Assembly: GCA_040954595.2 (NCBI GenBank)
Contig: CM082578.2
Coordinates: forward strand, 11,477,166-11,541,165
Reading direction: 5' to 3'
Length of the DNA: 64,000 bases
From: Balanoglossus misakiensis
Lineage: Eukaryota > Animalia > Hemichordata
A model generated the notes under the pieces. That model saw nothing but the letters and a program-made list of their open reading frames with translations, was not told the origin of the DNA and made no database searches. Positions within the stretch are counted from its first letter, which is position 1, and each line of letters starts with the position of its first letter. Position numbers and translations under genes: made by a program. Below are positions 33,501 through 47,806 of this stretch, in pieces.

Positions 33501-36228
33501 GTGAAATGCATACCAAGATGTACATGTATCATCTACAGTTACCAGTAGTGCTAACTTTGATTTCAGCACTTTAATGAGCTACTTGGAGGCGTTTGTTGCA
33601 ATGTTTACAAAAAGATTCTGCATCTACATATACATGTAGTATATCACAAATCATCCAGAACAGTCTGTGCTAAGTTCATCTTGTTTATTATCACCAGACT
33701 CAAAGACTTCGCCAAGATGTATGATGTCATCAAGAATGAACGAAACAAGTGTGTGAATCTGATCCAGACCAGCACACAGAAGGCAGCTGAGATGAGAGAA
33801 AAGATCAAGATTCTACAAAACGAAATTGAAATTCTCAGAACGTCCAGCAATGCCAAGGAAAGGTATGGTTGCACACTGTGTCTTAGTGGTGTTTCTGGTC
33901 ATAACTGACTATTAAGGAAGGCATGAAGGAATTCCCATTGAGTACATTTCCTGTGTTTGTAACGATGGGATATTTAAAGGTGAAGGTGGACAGAGATAAG
34001 TTTGTTTTGTTTTTTTGGTCAAAAATGTTTCTCCGGGCTATGTGTTAATTTTTTCCACCACAACAAATTTGTCCTTCACACAGACAATTACAGAAGGCCA
34101 AACTGAAACATGTGAACGCAGTGGTCATCAGAGATCAGCTGAGAAATGAACTTGCCAAACAGCAGAGGATCGAAGCCGAGATGAAGGAGAAACGGGAACA
34201 GCAGAGAATGGACATCAACAAGCTGAACCAGATGATCAACCAGGCCGAGGAGCAGATGGTCAAACTGAGGAAACGATACGAAAAGGCCGTGGAATATCGG
34301 AACGAAAGGTACGTGGTCACTTCATTCAGAAAGTTACATCAACACGTTGCAGTCATTAAGACAGCATCATTCATTGCAAAATCTGTCAGTTTTCAAAGTG
34401 ATGTCAAACTATCAATTAATAGCAAAATTTGAGGGTTTTTCCTGAACGTTTATATCTGAGGCACAATCTAAATACATGGATTTTTTTTTTCAAACTTTCA
34501 CAGGGGTGTGCAACTCATTCTTCGGAACGAGGAAGTCTGCATCTTTTACGAGAGAGTCAACATCCAGGATGATATGATACGGAAGGGCGACGTGGAACTA
34601 CAGGCCAGGGGGGAGGAGATACGCTTCCTCAAGATGCAACTGGGAGAAGAAAAGAGAGCAATTGATCTGCTGAGGAAGAGTTTACCCAACAAGCGAGCTT
34701 TAGACAATGAGCTTGTCACACTTCAAATCCAAGTGAGTTTGATTCAAAATTATTTGATGTTTCACTGCTCAGGAGTGGTCAGAAAAAATATATTGTTATG
34801 TCCACATAGTCACCAAAAATTTTGCATGTTTCAAATCTCATGTGATTGGTTTGTTTTCATCAACCCTTGTGCTAATATATGCTGTGTGTATACTGTTTCA
34901 ATTCCAATTCTGTTGTTGTTCTTTAGCAATAAAGACATAATTTGTTTTTTTCTGTAGCTTGCTCAATGCCAAGATCGAATGGCGGAGCTAGAGAAGGAAC
35001 TTGAGAATCCGTACAACAAACACAGAGTGCGACTACTGGAAGGAAAAGACATGACTCCGAGTGATCTGAACAACAAAATTGAAGAGGTGAGAGCGGTTTT
35101 CTTCACATTTGATTTCAGATTGGCGTTGGATGTAAGCGTGACGGCTGAGCGACTGGTGCAGCTAATGCTCAAATGTCATGCAGCGGAAATGATATTACTA
35201 ACGACAATTTTTTGGTTTTCTGTTGAGAATGTAACCAATGTTGACCCCCTCTCATTGTTTCAAGGGTGTTTAAACATTTGGAGATTATATAATATTTTTT
35301 GTGGTGAAACTTGTAGTGATGATGTTGACTTTCCAGTTGTTCCTTTCACTTACCTTACACTTACCATTTGACCATTTTTTTTTCAACAGCTGGAAGTACG
35401 GTTATCAGAGAAGGAGGAGCAGCTGCTGGAGAAAGACCTGGTCTTTGAGCAAGTGTCCCGGTTATCGGAAAGAGTGCGCAACAAGGCCGAGTCAGGCAAG
35501 CTGGACACCCTGAATCTGGCAAAGAAGGTCAACGAATTCCAGGCCAAAATCAAAGAAATCACCCGCAAGATGATGGCAATTGTGTCGGAACTCTCCATGA
35601 CGCAAGCGCAGACCATGAAACTGCAGCAGGAGACCAAAGAGAGAGAGGCCCTCCTGGAACAGAGCTACATTCGTATGGAGCAAGGCGAGGCGCCCACGGA
35701 GGAGGCCGCCGTCGAATGGGAGAAGATGTTGCGGGACGAGACGCGGCGAGTCCAAGAGGCCGAGTACAGACGCCTGGTAAGTTTTCCATCGTTTTGTTTG
35801 ATGCACACTTTCAAGCAAATTATTGGCATTGAATCAGAACAGACTGGAAAAAGACTGACTCGTTCTAGTCATTGTTAAGTCACTTTACGGCCCGGGCAAA
35901 CATTTTTCTGCAAGTCCAATATACCAAATCTGTACAAAAATCTGCTAAGAACCCCACATTCATGCACACACACAGTATTCCACTGTTACTCACTCACCTT
36001 TGTTCATGTCACGTCGTTTCTCAGGTCGAGGAGGAAGAAGAACAGTACACATTGGCCGGAGGGATCACCACAACGGCTGAGCCGCGACCAAATGCGTACA
36101 TTCCGGACGACGATGCAGAACTTCCTGTGCCAAGACCCTATGGCGTCATGGCACCCTTCAAACCACAAGAAGCAGGCTCCAGCATGAGGCATATCAGGAA
36201 ACCAGTCGTCAAACCCATAGAAATCTAG
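30577..36228 (+). CDS. CCDC146: Coiled-coil domain-containing protein 146 (axonemal, MBO2-like)
   Basis: N-terminus [42 protein letters not shown]. Long coiled coil including [17 protein letters not shown] and [16 protein letters not shown]-terminus [52 protein letters not shown] matches the remembered CCDC146 tail. Confidence 0.92.
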
Positions 36229-37086
36229 CAACACTTTTAAAAAAAACTATTTTTCAGACTGTAGATAGGTTATGAACACATTTCAAATTATGTATTTGAA
36301 GCGATTCCTTTTTAATACTTTAAGGTTGTCATATTGAAAGATTGGATTTTTTTCCGTCGGTGAGAATTCATTCCAACAATAGCAGGTATTGTGTCTTTTG
36401 GAATCCCCACTGATACTGGGTGCTACCCGTAACCCCCTGTCTCCCGTATAGGCAATACCTTAATCCACAAATTGTGTAAATTTGAATAATTTTATCGTAA
36501 CATTATGCGGTACCGTGGAAATATGTTGTGCCAGTTTCACTTACAATGGTTTTTAAAAACAAAACAGCAAAATGTACATAAATGTAATTATTTTTCCTAC
36601 AGGTATGACTTTTTAAATATGATTCTGTCTTTCAACTTGGCACTTTTACAGAGCATTGTTAATGAAATTGTGTGAATAAAACAATTAAAACTATTTATAA
36701 AGAACTCCCGTAGTGTTTAGTCAAAAGAATTCTTTTCTTTTTTCAGTACAAGAAAATAAACACTTTCTGAATGCATAGATGTTGTGTTCATGAACCTTTC
36801 TTTATTTCAAAATCACAGGAGAACCACAAGCAAATATTTCAGACAAGCTGTTTCATTCACCCTACCCTGTTAAACCGGCTGTACTTCTCGATAAATTTAC
36901 CTCAAATGTATTGATGTTAATTTTTTTCTGGTTTACTTTACTGTAAGCAGAGGGACATCAACACAAACATACATGTAAATGCATGTTACATTCTTAATAA
37001 ATTACGTAAATTAGTTCAAAAAGTTGGTGACATCATAAGACCCCCAGCACTTTCCGCATAAGGCATATTCCACTAATATTATCAGC

Positions 37087-38308
37087 CGTTGGTGGCGACA
37101 TTAACAAATTTCTATCAGAGGATTCTGTCCTGTATGTCAGAACTGAGTCTCAAAGAATTTTGTTGACCTTCCAAAGGAATCTAGACCAACAGGTGAAGAC
37201 TGTCTAGCAATGTACGCACGTTTCTAATATAAATTTAAATGTCTAGACTTCGCGGTGAACCTGGGCTATTCTGATTGGTCGATTACTCTCCGCTCACATG
37301 AATCGGGTGGACCACAGCGCTTGTGATTGGTCAATACATTCTGGGCTGTTGTAACGTAGAGTCGCCGGACCAAGTTTGTTGACCCGGCCTATAAAGTTTG
37401 TCCGCATCTCTGACCTTTCTCTGACCAACGCAGCAGACGACAAGAAATATTATCTGAGCAAAAAGTCATTCGAGGAACTTTGCTCAACTTTTTTCTCTCG
37501 CGTTTGTGTGCGACAGATTTTAGTTAAAGAATTGTTGGTGGACACTGTCTGAACATAGTTAGTGTGTGATATTTCTAAAGTAGTTTTTTGCCGTACCTGA
37601 CGTTGGTGGCGACATTAAAAAAACTCCTATCACAGAACACCGTGTGTGCATGTCAGACAGAGTCCTAATTTTGTTGACCTTCTGAAAGAACCTTTGAACC
37701 AACAGGTGCAAACTGTCTGGTAATACGAATGAGCGTTTTCAATACATATGTAAATTAAAAAGGTCACTACTTAATTAATTATTCAATGAGGACCAAGTTT
37801 GTTCACCCGGCCTATAAAGTTTGTCCGCATCTCTGACCTTTCTCTGACCAACGCAGCAGACGACAAGAAATATTATCTGAGCAAAAAGTCATTCGAGGAA
37901 CTTTGGTCAACTTTTTTCTCTCGCGTTTGTGTGCGACAGATTTTAGTTAAAAGAATTGTTGGTGGACACTGTCTGAACATAGTTAGTATGTGATATTTCT
38001 AAAGTACTTTTTTGCCGTACATGACGTTGGTGGCGACATTAAAAAAACTCCTATCACAGAACACCGTGTGTGCATGTCAGACAGAGTCCTAATTTTGTTG
38101 ACCTTCTGAAAGAACCTTTGAACCAACAGGTGCAAACTGTCTGGTAATATGAATGAGCGTTTTCAATACATACGTAAATTAAATAGGTCACTACTTAATT
38201 AATTATTCAATGAGGTCACCATTTAATTAAACATTAGTGACGTAAACTAGTACAATTTAATTAGCAAAAGAAGTTATTTGTCATATCCTCCGTTGGTGGC
38301 GACATTAA
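37087..38308. repeat. Composite intergenic repeat: four copies of CGTTGGTGGCGACATTAA plus a recent ~423-bp tandem duplication (37367-37789 / 37790-38215)
   Basis: The 18-mer is identical at 37087, 37601, 38025 and 38291. The two long units differ by only a handful of substitutions and 1-nt indels. Confidence 0.9.
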
Positions 38309-39093
38309 AAATGCCAGACCAGAGCCGCGCATGCGTAGAACTGACTCTCAATCTCTTTGCCTTTCCGAAGAAGCGCGTGTTCTATACATGCTTAGCAAAA
38401 AGATTAAAGATGATCACAATAGAATCTGCCTTGTGTTGAAAATGTTTTAATTTTTGGCTCATAAGTTTTTCAAGAAGCTTTCAAAATACACAGTAGAGAA
38501 ACACTCCTTGTGAACAAAGATTTGCATTTATTCTCACAGTCACATTGCATCAAAAATGGACGATTGAAAAAAAAAATATGGTTCTGTGAACCAAAAACTG
38601 TAGAAGAGTAAAAGTACAACTCTTGAATAAAAAAAACTTATTGGATAAAAGCTATTATATTATATCATTTAAAATCTACATATTCATGCAGTTGTCTAAT
38701 TAAATGGCAGTTACACTGCATTTTTACTTCTTAATTTTTCCATAAACAAATAGCACATTTGAACTTGGTCTGTAAAATACATATTGCACACCATGTTTAT
38801 ACATTTTTCACGAAATAGACAGGAGATGGGTTTTTTGTCTTATTTTTTGTTGAGTTTCTTCATTTATCCCCCAAAGTTCAACCCATCTGTGTAAGACATC
38901 ATTTCTAGTAATATCTGAGTTGTAAATATAAAATGATTGACAGTACTTTATCATACAATCTATCCATGCATGTCGGCATGCGTCCCCTAGAAAATGAGAA
39001 AATATGACACGCACAAACCCACTAGAAAAAGTGTACAGTTTACACATGCTGTTGTACAAATGTTACACATTGACTTGGCCAGGTGTACACAAC

Positions 39094-42000
39094 TCAGAAT
39101 GTGACGTCACTGAGGTTCTCTCCGCATTGTTCGACCGTGTAGTGAAGTGCGTGTTCCTCCACGTACTTAGAGTCGATACGCCTGGAAGTCTCGGCTCCAA
39201 CTTTTGCCATTCCCTCCTCTGCAAGAAACAAGCACAAAATCTGAGTCAAAACGAAACTATGGCATTTAAATCTAACAATGAAATTACCGCCTTTACATTG
39301 ATCTTAGAAGGGTCTTTTTTACTATTGGCATACTCCTCTTAGGGAAGCTGTAACTACCAACCTTTGCTTTCTATAAATCTGATTAATGTTGTCAAAGGTG
39401 GGAAGGTGGCAACACGAAGAACTTCAAAACTGCTGGTACCATCATCTGAAATGCAAAGTAAGTGTAAACACTATTTGCATAAACATTAAGAAAATTTTCC
39501 AGTATTTTAGCTTTAATACTAAGTAACTCAAGAGATGATCAATGTACAAAGGGACTACATAAATCATAGACATCCTCAGTCTGCATTTTTAGTGATTCAA
39601 TAATCCGTTTAATCTTTTGTGTTGCACAACACTCAGCAGTAGTGCCGTAATACAGATATAGACAAGTTACAGATTTGTTCTTATTCAGTAGTCTGTCAAA
39701 TAAGAAAATCAACATTTGACAAAAATTTAACTTACCACTGACAACACTCACGGAATTCTGCAGCTGTTCTATACAGGAATACTCTGACAAGACTCCGGCC
39801 TTGACCTTCTCCCAGTCGTCATCATTCAGTGGGTCATCTACAGAGTCACAAAGTCACAATAAGACCGGAGAAAATTCGTGGGATATCCCAGCAACGCATG
39901 ATACAGATCCCCTAGCTACAGCATCATCCAGTCTATCCAGAATTTAAAATCAAAACCCACACACACAGCCATTTTACAATAAAGCACCTGTAAATCTTGC
40001 ATCATAGCAAAGTGCACTGGACTCACCTTCATTTTCCAGCAGCACTTCTGAGACGTACTGCTGCGACAGATACCTGGATGCCATTGGATGATTCCACTCT
40101 TTCAAAGCAGATCTCATAGAAGTCTGTAAGATGCAAAGGAAAACAAATCTGTCACACACAAAAAATCAACTTTTTCATGAACGCAACAAAGACTGCAACA
40201 TCAACAACCAAAAATATCAACACAGCACTGGAAACGATGGCAGGGCACATACCTGAGGGTCCAGCCTGTTGATGATTTGAAACTTCATCCTGGCGCTCTG
40301 TTCATCGTCCTCGTCATCATCCTCTCCAAGTTCTTCCAAGAAGACTGCCAGAAACTCCTTGTTGAGTTGAAAGACACCGGCGTCAACGTACTGTAGAAAG
40401 GTCTGGTTGTCAAGGCAGTTGTATCCAAGGATGGTCAGAAGTGTGATAAAACCTGTAAATGCATCAACAATTTTGCGTTTAATAGTCTGATGTATATTAC
40501 TGTTTCTTTACTGCAATATTTGGAATTTCCCCAATCCTCTCTGTCGGTCTATTTGTCTGCCTGTCTGTTTATCTATCTGTCTCTCCAACCCTCTCTCTCT
40601 CCTCACCTGAAGGCACAGGAAAGCACAGCTCTTCAGCAGCATAGTAATACCTTTCAAGGATGTGAAAAAATGCATGGTCTTCTTCTGTTGCCTCTCTTTT
40701 GCTATAGAAAAAAAAACATACATATTTGTTCCTTGTATTAGACAATTGTCAATAACCACCTGATAAGAAATTGATTTAAATAGCAAAAAGATACTAAAAC
40801 ACAGAGAATCTGTCCTGTTCACATCATACCACCCGTAGTCTATCTGTATACTTACAGAGTGACAAGTCTACGGCTGCAATCACCATCAGCGTCATACCCA
40901 AGCGCTGTCCATATCATCTGCAGCAGAAGTTTTGATTGGCGCAACTGACACGCCACATACTCGGTTGCGATGTTGTACGTTTTCACTCTGGTCTCTCTCT
41001 TCAGGTTTCTGGACAATTGAGTAGCCAACTTGTCAACAAGCTGGAAAGACAGAAAATGCAGTTAAGCATTCTGTTATGTCTAAATGGAAGGCCTATGACA
41101 ATGTTATAGATCTTGTTTTCGACATGAAAAAACGATATTCTAACTTTCTTATAGCACATCTCATGTTGCGATTTACAAGTATGGGTGATTTTCACACACA
41201 ACTTCATTGTCACACGCAAACAGTAGATTTACTCACAAGATGAATACGGGGTTCTTGACTAGCGTCCAAGTCATCTTGCCTCTCGAGGAAGGGGATCGTG
41301 ATGCTGAAATCTTCCAGGTGAGCTCGTTTGTTGATAGCGGGCGAGGAGTAGTTTCTCCTTGGTAAGCTGGTGAGCTTGGCGTTGCTGCCACGGACACTAG
41401 AATCCTGGAAACAGGGAATCAATCCATCAGTGTTCAGAACTCAAAATTTGAAATAATAACCCGGATGCTGTGAACGCACATGATGTACCCATACATGATG
41501 TTTGTCTACATAAACCTCATCTCGGGGCACACCGAGGCATGGCATTACTCACCGTTGACCTGTGCTGCTGAGCTTCAAGTTCCTGTTTAACCAACGCGGT
41601 ATTGAATCGTCTCTGAGGATCCACGGTGGCTAACTTCAGGTGCGTCCTGATGTTGTCCCACAGTTCAATATCCGAATACTTTCTTTCTCTCTTGTCAATG
41701 GGAGGCTAAAGTGACAAACGGATCAATCGTTGATGTTAAAGTGTTTGCAACAGCGTAACCTTACAACTACTGAATTAAAATCATTCCACGTGTGGTCTTC
41801 TCACATGTCTTCTGTTTACTTTGTACAGGATCAGTATATATTAATTTACTCTAGAGATTGGTGATTGAAAAAAAAAAGAATATGGATGGATCAAGGAATC
41901 GATGGATGGACGGGTGCAGAAATGGGTGCATGTCTTGATTGATGGACACACATGGGTGGGTGCGTGTCTTGATAAAAACATATGAATAAATAGACAGAGA

Positions 42001-45000
42001 GATATACATTATTAGTATAAATAATAAACATGTAAATACTCAGAAGGCAATACCTAACACTGGATACATGTATAAGGTTTATCCTTGACAGGTATAAAGA
42101 GACAATGAGCATACATTTTTTTTTCAAAACGTTCTAATAATTGAATGGTGCAGTGTATGTGTCTGCATGTATGAATATGCTTGTGTGTGCATGAATGTGT
42201 GCAAAGTCAAATGACAGAAATTAATTAGTCAACAAGTCTTAGTAAACCTTTAATGTGACATATGGGAGACTGGGAGTGTAAGTAATCGGACTTGGGAGCC
42301 CAACTAACAAGTTTTGAGCTCAGAGAAAACATTTGGAGGTACCAGCACTCAGCTCTGGAGTGGAACATAAAGATCATAAAATATGTAAGTACATGCAGTG
42401 TTATCTTTTTAAGCTATTAGAATATGATAGATTAGAATGTCAATTTGATAGAAAGTAACATAGGTGAGACTTGAGGGTTTTCACCGACAACACTCACGAT
42501 AGCTAATCTAATGAGGCAAGGATTTTCCCCTTTGACCTTACCTCTGATTGGTCAGGGATGTCGTGCTCGGGTTGCTAGGGAAACGACAATGAGAGAACTA
42601 ATTCATGAAATTCATATAGGACTGCAAGCGCTAATGAACTGTATGATTGACCAGGATGCCGTGTGAATGCAATTTTTCATTTAGATAACTTTTGAGAAGA
42701 AGGAGCCTAGAAACAGACATAACTAAGATATTCTCCCCATATCATCTTTCTAAGTTTTTCAATGACTTGATATTAGTCCGAAGCCAAGTTATTGATAAAT
42801 TTGTTTTCACGGACAAGCTATTAATATCTACATCACTAATGTTACATTTCTTTCTTTCTTTTAAACAGCAACGAATGGCCATGCTGAAGTAGCTGCAACC
42901 ATGCATCACATTACATGTGCTGTGGTCTATCAGTAATGAGAAAGAGCAGGCTTCGTATATTCTGCACACAGTATTACCAACTGATTGTTGTTGAGAGCAT
43001 TATTTTCATTTCTGTACATCCACAGAAACAAAGAAATAGCCGTTGACACTTATCGTATCCATGCCATGACATAAAACCAGTGGCTTGCAATATGCAAGAG
43101 CCCTTTATATTTACTGCATACCATGCATAAGGCTAGAATGTACAGTTCACGTGTAATGCAGTGTTACATACATGTACATGTACTTGTTTTTATTTTGTAT
43201 TGGTGTGCCAACCACATTACTGACCTTGTTGGTGATCCCTTCCAAAAGCTTTCTTCTTGGTACATACGTGAACCTTGCCACCTGATTCCCACTGTTATCC
43301 TGTGAGAAAATTGTTGTCAATTTCATCAATTGGTGAAATGAACCACAAAACACTAACACACTACAAACAAACAACCTGTACCCACAATGCAATCCAACAT
43401 CCTGTGACATGACTAACATTACAAGAAATCTGACCTTTTCAAGGTGTCCTCTGAATGTATCAGCACAAGTGAACGGCAGATATTTCAAGATGTCTTTCTC
43501 CAGCAGTTTCCTCATGCCGTTGTACGTCGATGCCATGAGAATCTCAGACAGGAGTTCAGATGTTCCAAAGGATGTGGTACTGCTGCATATTGACACCATC
43601 AACTGTGAAAATGAAATGAAATAAAATATAAGCTTCAATGCTTTGCCGCTGAAATGGAGGGTTTTTGGTGTCTCCTTTATTCACAACTGAAATTGTGTTT
43701 TTTTTTCTAGTGAAAGTTCCATCTCAACTCAGGAAAACAGCATCAAGACAGAAAAATTTGGTTTAATACCTACCTTTTTGATTAAATCCACTTCTTTCAC
43801 ATGAAGTATCGCCAGGTGCAGGAGAGCGAGTTTGGTGGCTGGTTGGCGTGACTTTTTGAACATGTTTAACACTCCCTCCTTGTTCAGAGATACTTTGTAT
43901 GCTTTGCCAGATGCACAGTCAAGAATACTATCCCCTGAGGAATAGAAGAGTTACAAATCAGTGTTAAGAGCTAGTGATCCATTACTTGTGTTTCATGTCA
44001 TCTTTATAGTCACAATTCTGTCTTTGCAATTAGCACTCAGAAATCATCTCACTTTTCCACTATCACATTCCTTTCTCTAGGATGCAGAACATGGAAAACT
44101 GAAGTAACAATCAGCAATTGTCATGTTTCTAAAATGAATCATATATATTCTGTAACAAGTCTCTCTCTGACAATCACAAGGTTTTGACCCATCGATCCAT
44201 CCTGTACATCAAACTATACACTAGCTACGTAACAACAGCAAGCCTGCCCTACATTGCTTGCACGCTGTCCTCTCATGGAGAAAGCCCACCAGTTGTTGGG
44301 ACGTCTCCATGGCAGCAGTTAGGCCTCCTTTCATCTTTGTCGGGTACGGTACATCCGAGACTGGCAACACAATATGGTGACACGGTTCTAACTCTGCCGA
44401 CACGCTGAGCAGATGGGCCACATACCCAGGAACGTAGACCAGCAAGTAGTCGTCTGAAACAGAGAGTGAAACTGAAGAGTCAAGTTTCTTGTCGCGTTCA
44501 AACTAGATGCTTATTTCAACATGTCAAGAATTTCAGAAGAACGGCATTCTGACTTCAGCCTGGACACTAGTCAAAAAATGTACCCAGACCGAGCCATTTT
44601 TTTTGCAACATTAGATAGTCACACACAATGTTCACTTACTCAGCGAGATGAACCGCAGTTTCATTTTGACTGCGTAGTGTCTGGGAACTTTCGGAATACA
44701 GCAACGCAGAGTGTAACCGTGGTGCAGCATCAAGACAGAGTAGTAGACGTCGAGAGTTTCTGTCTCAGCGAGATCCTCCCAGTCCTCCTCCTCCTCCTCT
44801 CGCTCCCCACGGTGCCTCATTACCATCTTGGGCTTGGGTTTCAAGTAGAACAGAGGATGTTGGTAGCAAAGACACAGCCATCCTGACACACACAAAAATC
44901 AGAAAGTCAGGATGTCATCTTCTAAAAAAATGAAGGAATAGTTTGGCTTCTTTTGACTTTAGGTTAGTTTTATCTGTAAAAGGCTGTAAAGAGAGAACCC

Positions 45001-47806
45001 CTTTTGATAGGGTGGGAGTTGACAAATACAATGTAGAACATGTGGTACAGTTCTGCAGGCTGCATACTTAGATTGCAGTGTACATGCATATCTGGGTCTG
45101 TCTGTTGGTAACTATACATACCTCCTACACTGGTTATAATTTCCATGTTGATGGTCCCATCTGCAATTGAAGGGGGTACAATATGTCATGATTCTCAATC
45201 AGAGTTTAACAATAGGGCATAAAAGGAGTACGTGTACAAGTCCACAGAACATTTTCATCAAAGCACCACACTCAGAATAGAACATGGCCTAAAACATGAT
45301 CTTTTTGTGTCACAGACACTGAGACAGGAAGTTTTATAATGACATCCATACCTGTAATATGATGCCCAAAACAATGAATTTGATAGGAGTGCCTGCAATG
45401 AAAAACTATGCATAGTGAAAACTCTAACTACACTTGACTGAAAATTTCTTCCTACATTATTGTGACAGGATAGCATCACTGGGGGTCAACAGAATCAAAC
45501 TTTAATAAACATAGAACACGGTTAGACAAGCGGTAGCATACATAATAGAAGTTTTCAAAATAATTTGTTCTGTGAATCAAATACAACTTTTCGTGTTACT
45601 CTTCAAAGACGTGTAAAAAAAATAAATGCAAATTTATTGTTGTTGAATTAATCTGAACTTGGACAAGAGTAGAGCAAGGAGACAAAATAGGCTTGTCTTG
45701 TCACCCTTCTCCTGAACTAAGTGTTGATACTCACCATATTTCCTTTGGCATTGGAAGAGTCAATGGTAGATTTAACTGCAAAGGAAAAGAAAAGATACAC
45801 TTTGAGATCTTGAGTGGACATAATGTTTTCAGGACAATATTCCTATGTATCCTCAACTGATTCTTCAAGAATACTACACTAAACATTTGGCAAAAACATA
45901 CACTGACTTACCACCGCCTCGTATGTATTATCTCTAAACTCAAAGCACATCAGTTGGACGTCGTCACCGTTATCTCCATGGTTATTTTTACGCTTCCGTT
46001 GTTGCAAGAAGTAAAGTCGTTGTGCGTGCACATCCCACTGAGCCCACAGGAACTTTTTGGCGATCTGCTTTGTTCGTGGCTGGCCGCTCATGACCTAGAT
46101 GACCCAAAGCAAAATGTGGACAATTTCACAACCCATGTTCTCAACTGTCCCTGCTATTTCAAAACTAAGTATTTTGATGCCAAAGTTTATTCTCATTCAA
46201 AACTGAAAAGTATCAACGTAAATTCAGGGCTTTATTATCATTTCCTAGGTAATTTCTCCTCTGATTATATTCCTGACTGTGACAAAGCTACTTCTTCAAG
46301 GGAAATGACTTTTAAACTTACCACAGCTTTATCTCCCATTCTTGCAAGGGAAATCCTGTACTGACCAATCGCTGAAACAAAAATACATCATTTCTCACAA
46401 TGACAACTTAATCATTTCTTTAACTGTGATGAAATAATCAGAAGTGGTCTCTGAAGTGATCTAGCAAAATTATGTCCTGACTTTACTTATATCACGGTTC
46501 CGTGCTTATATTAGCTGAAATGCTGGACAATACAGTACATTTAATAGTCGTAGTAGTAGCTATAGTGCTTCAAAATCAATGGCATCAAATTCTACTCAAT
46601 GCTTTCACAGTACTTACATTCTTTGTGTAGAAAAAACAACATGTGAGTCTCCCAGCTAGGTATTTCACTGAAGCTTTTCTGTCTGCTGTACAGGAACTGG
46701 CATCTCAGGAGATTTCTCCTCTCCACATTGAGTGAAAAGATTCTGTTCTGGGGCTGCACCTCCGCCAGGAAAGATCTGTATATACCTGGAGGGAGATCGG
46801 ATCAAAATTCTTGCAAGTCAGCAAGTCCCCAGTAAATAGAACATCAACATTTCAATACTCTTTATACCTTGTAAACAACAATATAAACATCTGTGTTACT
46901 ATGGTAGCGCTGACAGCACTTTCCACACTTACCAGATGATGCTGGTTTACTTTCTTTGCTGGAACTGACATTTTCACGAGTAGTGTACGCAATTAATGTC
47001 CTTTCTTGGTTCACTGAGCATCCAACCACTTGTACCACACTGTCATAAATGAATAAAATCTGCAAAGATAATACAAAATTATGCAAGTTTAATTAAGTGT
47101 CTAAAACTTCCTTCTCTGTAATCAAAACCTTGCCAATGATACTTTACACTCAGCGTTATGTTGCAAAACAATGGTACATTCACAAGGTTTGTTTGTTTGT
47201 TTGTTTATGTGTTGATATTGACACACAAACAAATGTTCAGTGTTGCTGTTGTCATGAAGACACAAGCTTGACTTACATAGTTTTTCTGGGTTGACGGATC
47301 ATATAATCCTATGTATGTGACTTCTTCACTCTTCGACTTGCCAGCTGGTGGCAGATCATTCCAGGTGAACAGGATTTCACCATTTCTTTCCTGTCCAACA
47401 ATGGTGATGTCAATGTTCTGGTGATCTAGGAAAGGAAATGGGGTATGGCAGTTAGAACATCAGTGGAGTTTTCTGGTGGTGCATATAACTTTCAACATGG
47501 CCAACCTTACCTCTCCCCCCCCCCCCACCCCCGATCGATCAAGAGAATAGCCTCAATACATGTACTGCCAATATCTTGCATAGGTCAGTTTCAACAGTGA
47601 CCCAGTGTGCACATGTGTACGTGCCTTGCTCCCCCCCCCCCTCCCCAACAAAAATGATCGGAAACTGCTTAGTGCTATACACTTGTACGCTCACCATTTT
47701 CATCTGCTAAGTCTTCTGATTTTCCTCTTTTTCCACATCTTCTTGTTCTCACAAAATGTTTGATATCACAATCCACGTCAAAACAGATACTAAAGTCGAG
47801 CATCAT
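39094..47806 (-). CDS. GSAP: Gamma-secretase-activating protein (pigeon homolog), multi-exon
   Basis: MMLDFSICFDVDCDIK..IVGQERNGEILFTW..VVQVVGCSVNQERTLIAY..IAKKFLWAQWDVHAQRLYF..HAFFHILERYYYAAEELCFPVPSGFITLLTILG..WNHPM..FPPLTTLI..DSKYVEEHALHYT..VTF*. These blocks align in order with remembered human GSAP; TGA at 39094-39096. Confidence 0.88.
42542..42574 (-). other. Candidate 33-nt in-frame cassette microexon of GSAP (QPEHDIPDQSE)
   Basis: Minus strand reads ttctctcattgtcgtttccctag|CAACCCGAGCACGACATCCCTGACCAATCAGAG|gtaagg. The flanking exon junction is phase 0. Confidence 0.6.

Noticed and set aside
37799-37993. 64-aa ORF in the duplicated unit
   Set aside because: The sister copy has a 1-nt indel that breaks the frame, and there is no ATG start or recognisable homology.
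37087-38308. CRISPR-like or LTR interpretation of the repeated 18-mer
   Set aside because: The context is eukaryotic, spacing is irregular (266-514 bp), the 'spacers' are homologous to each other, and there is no cas or gag/pol sequence.
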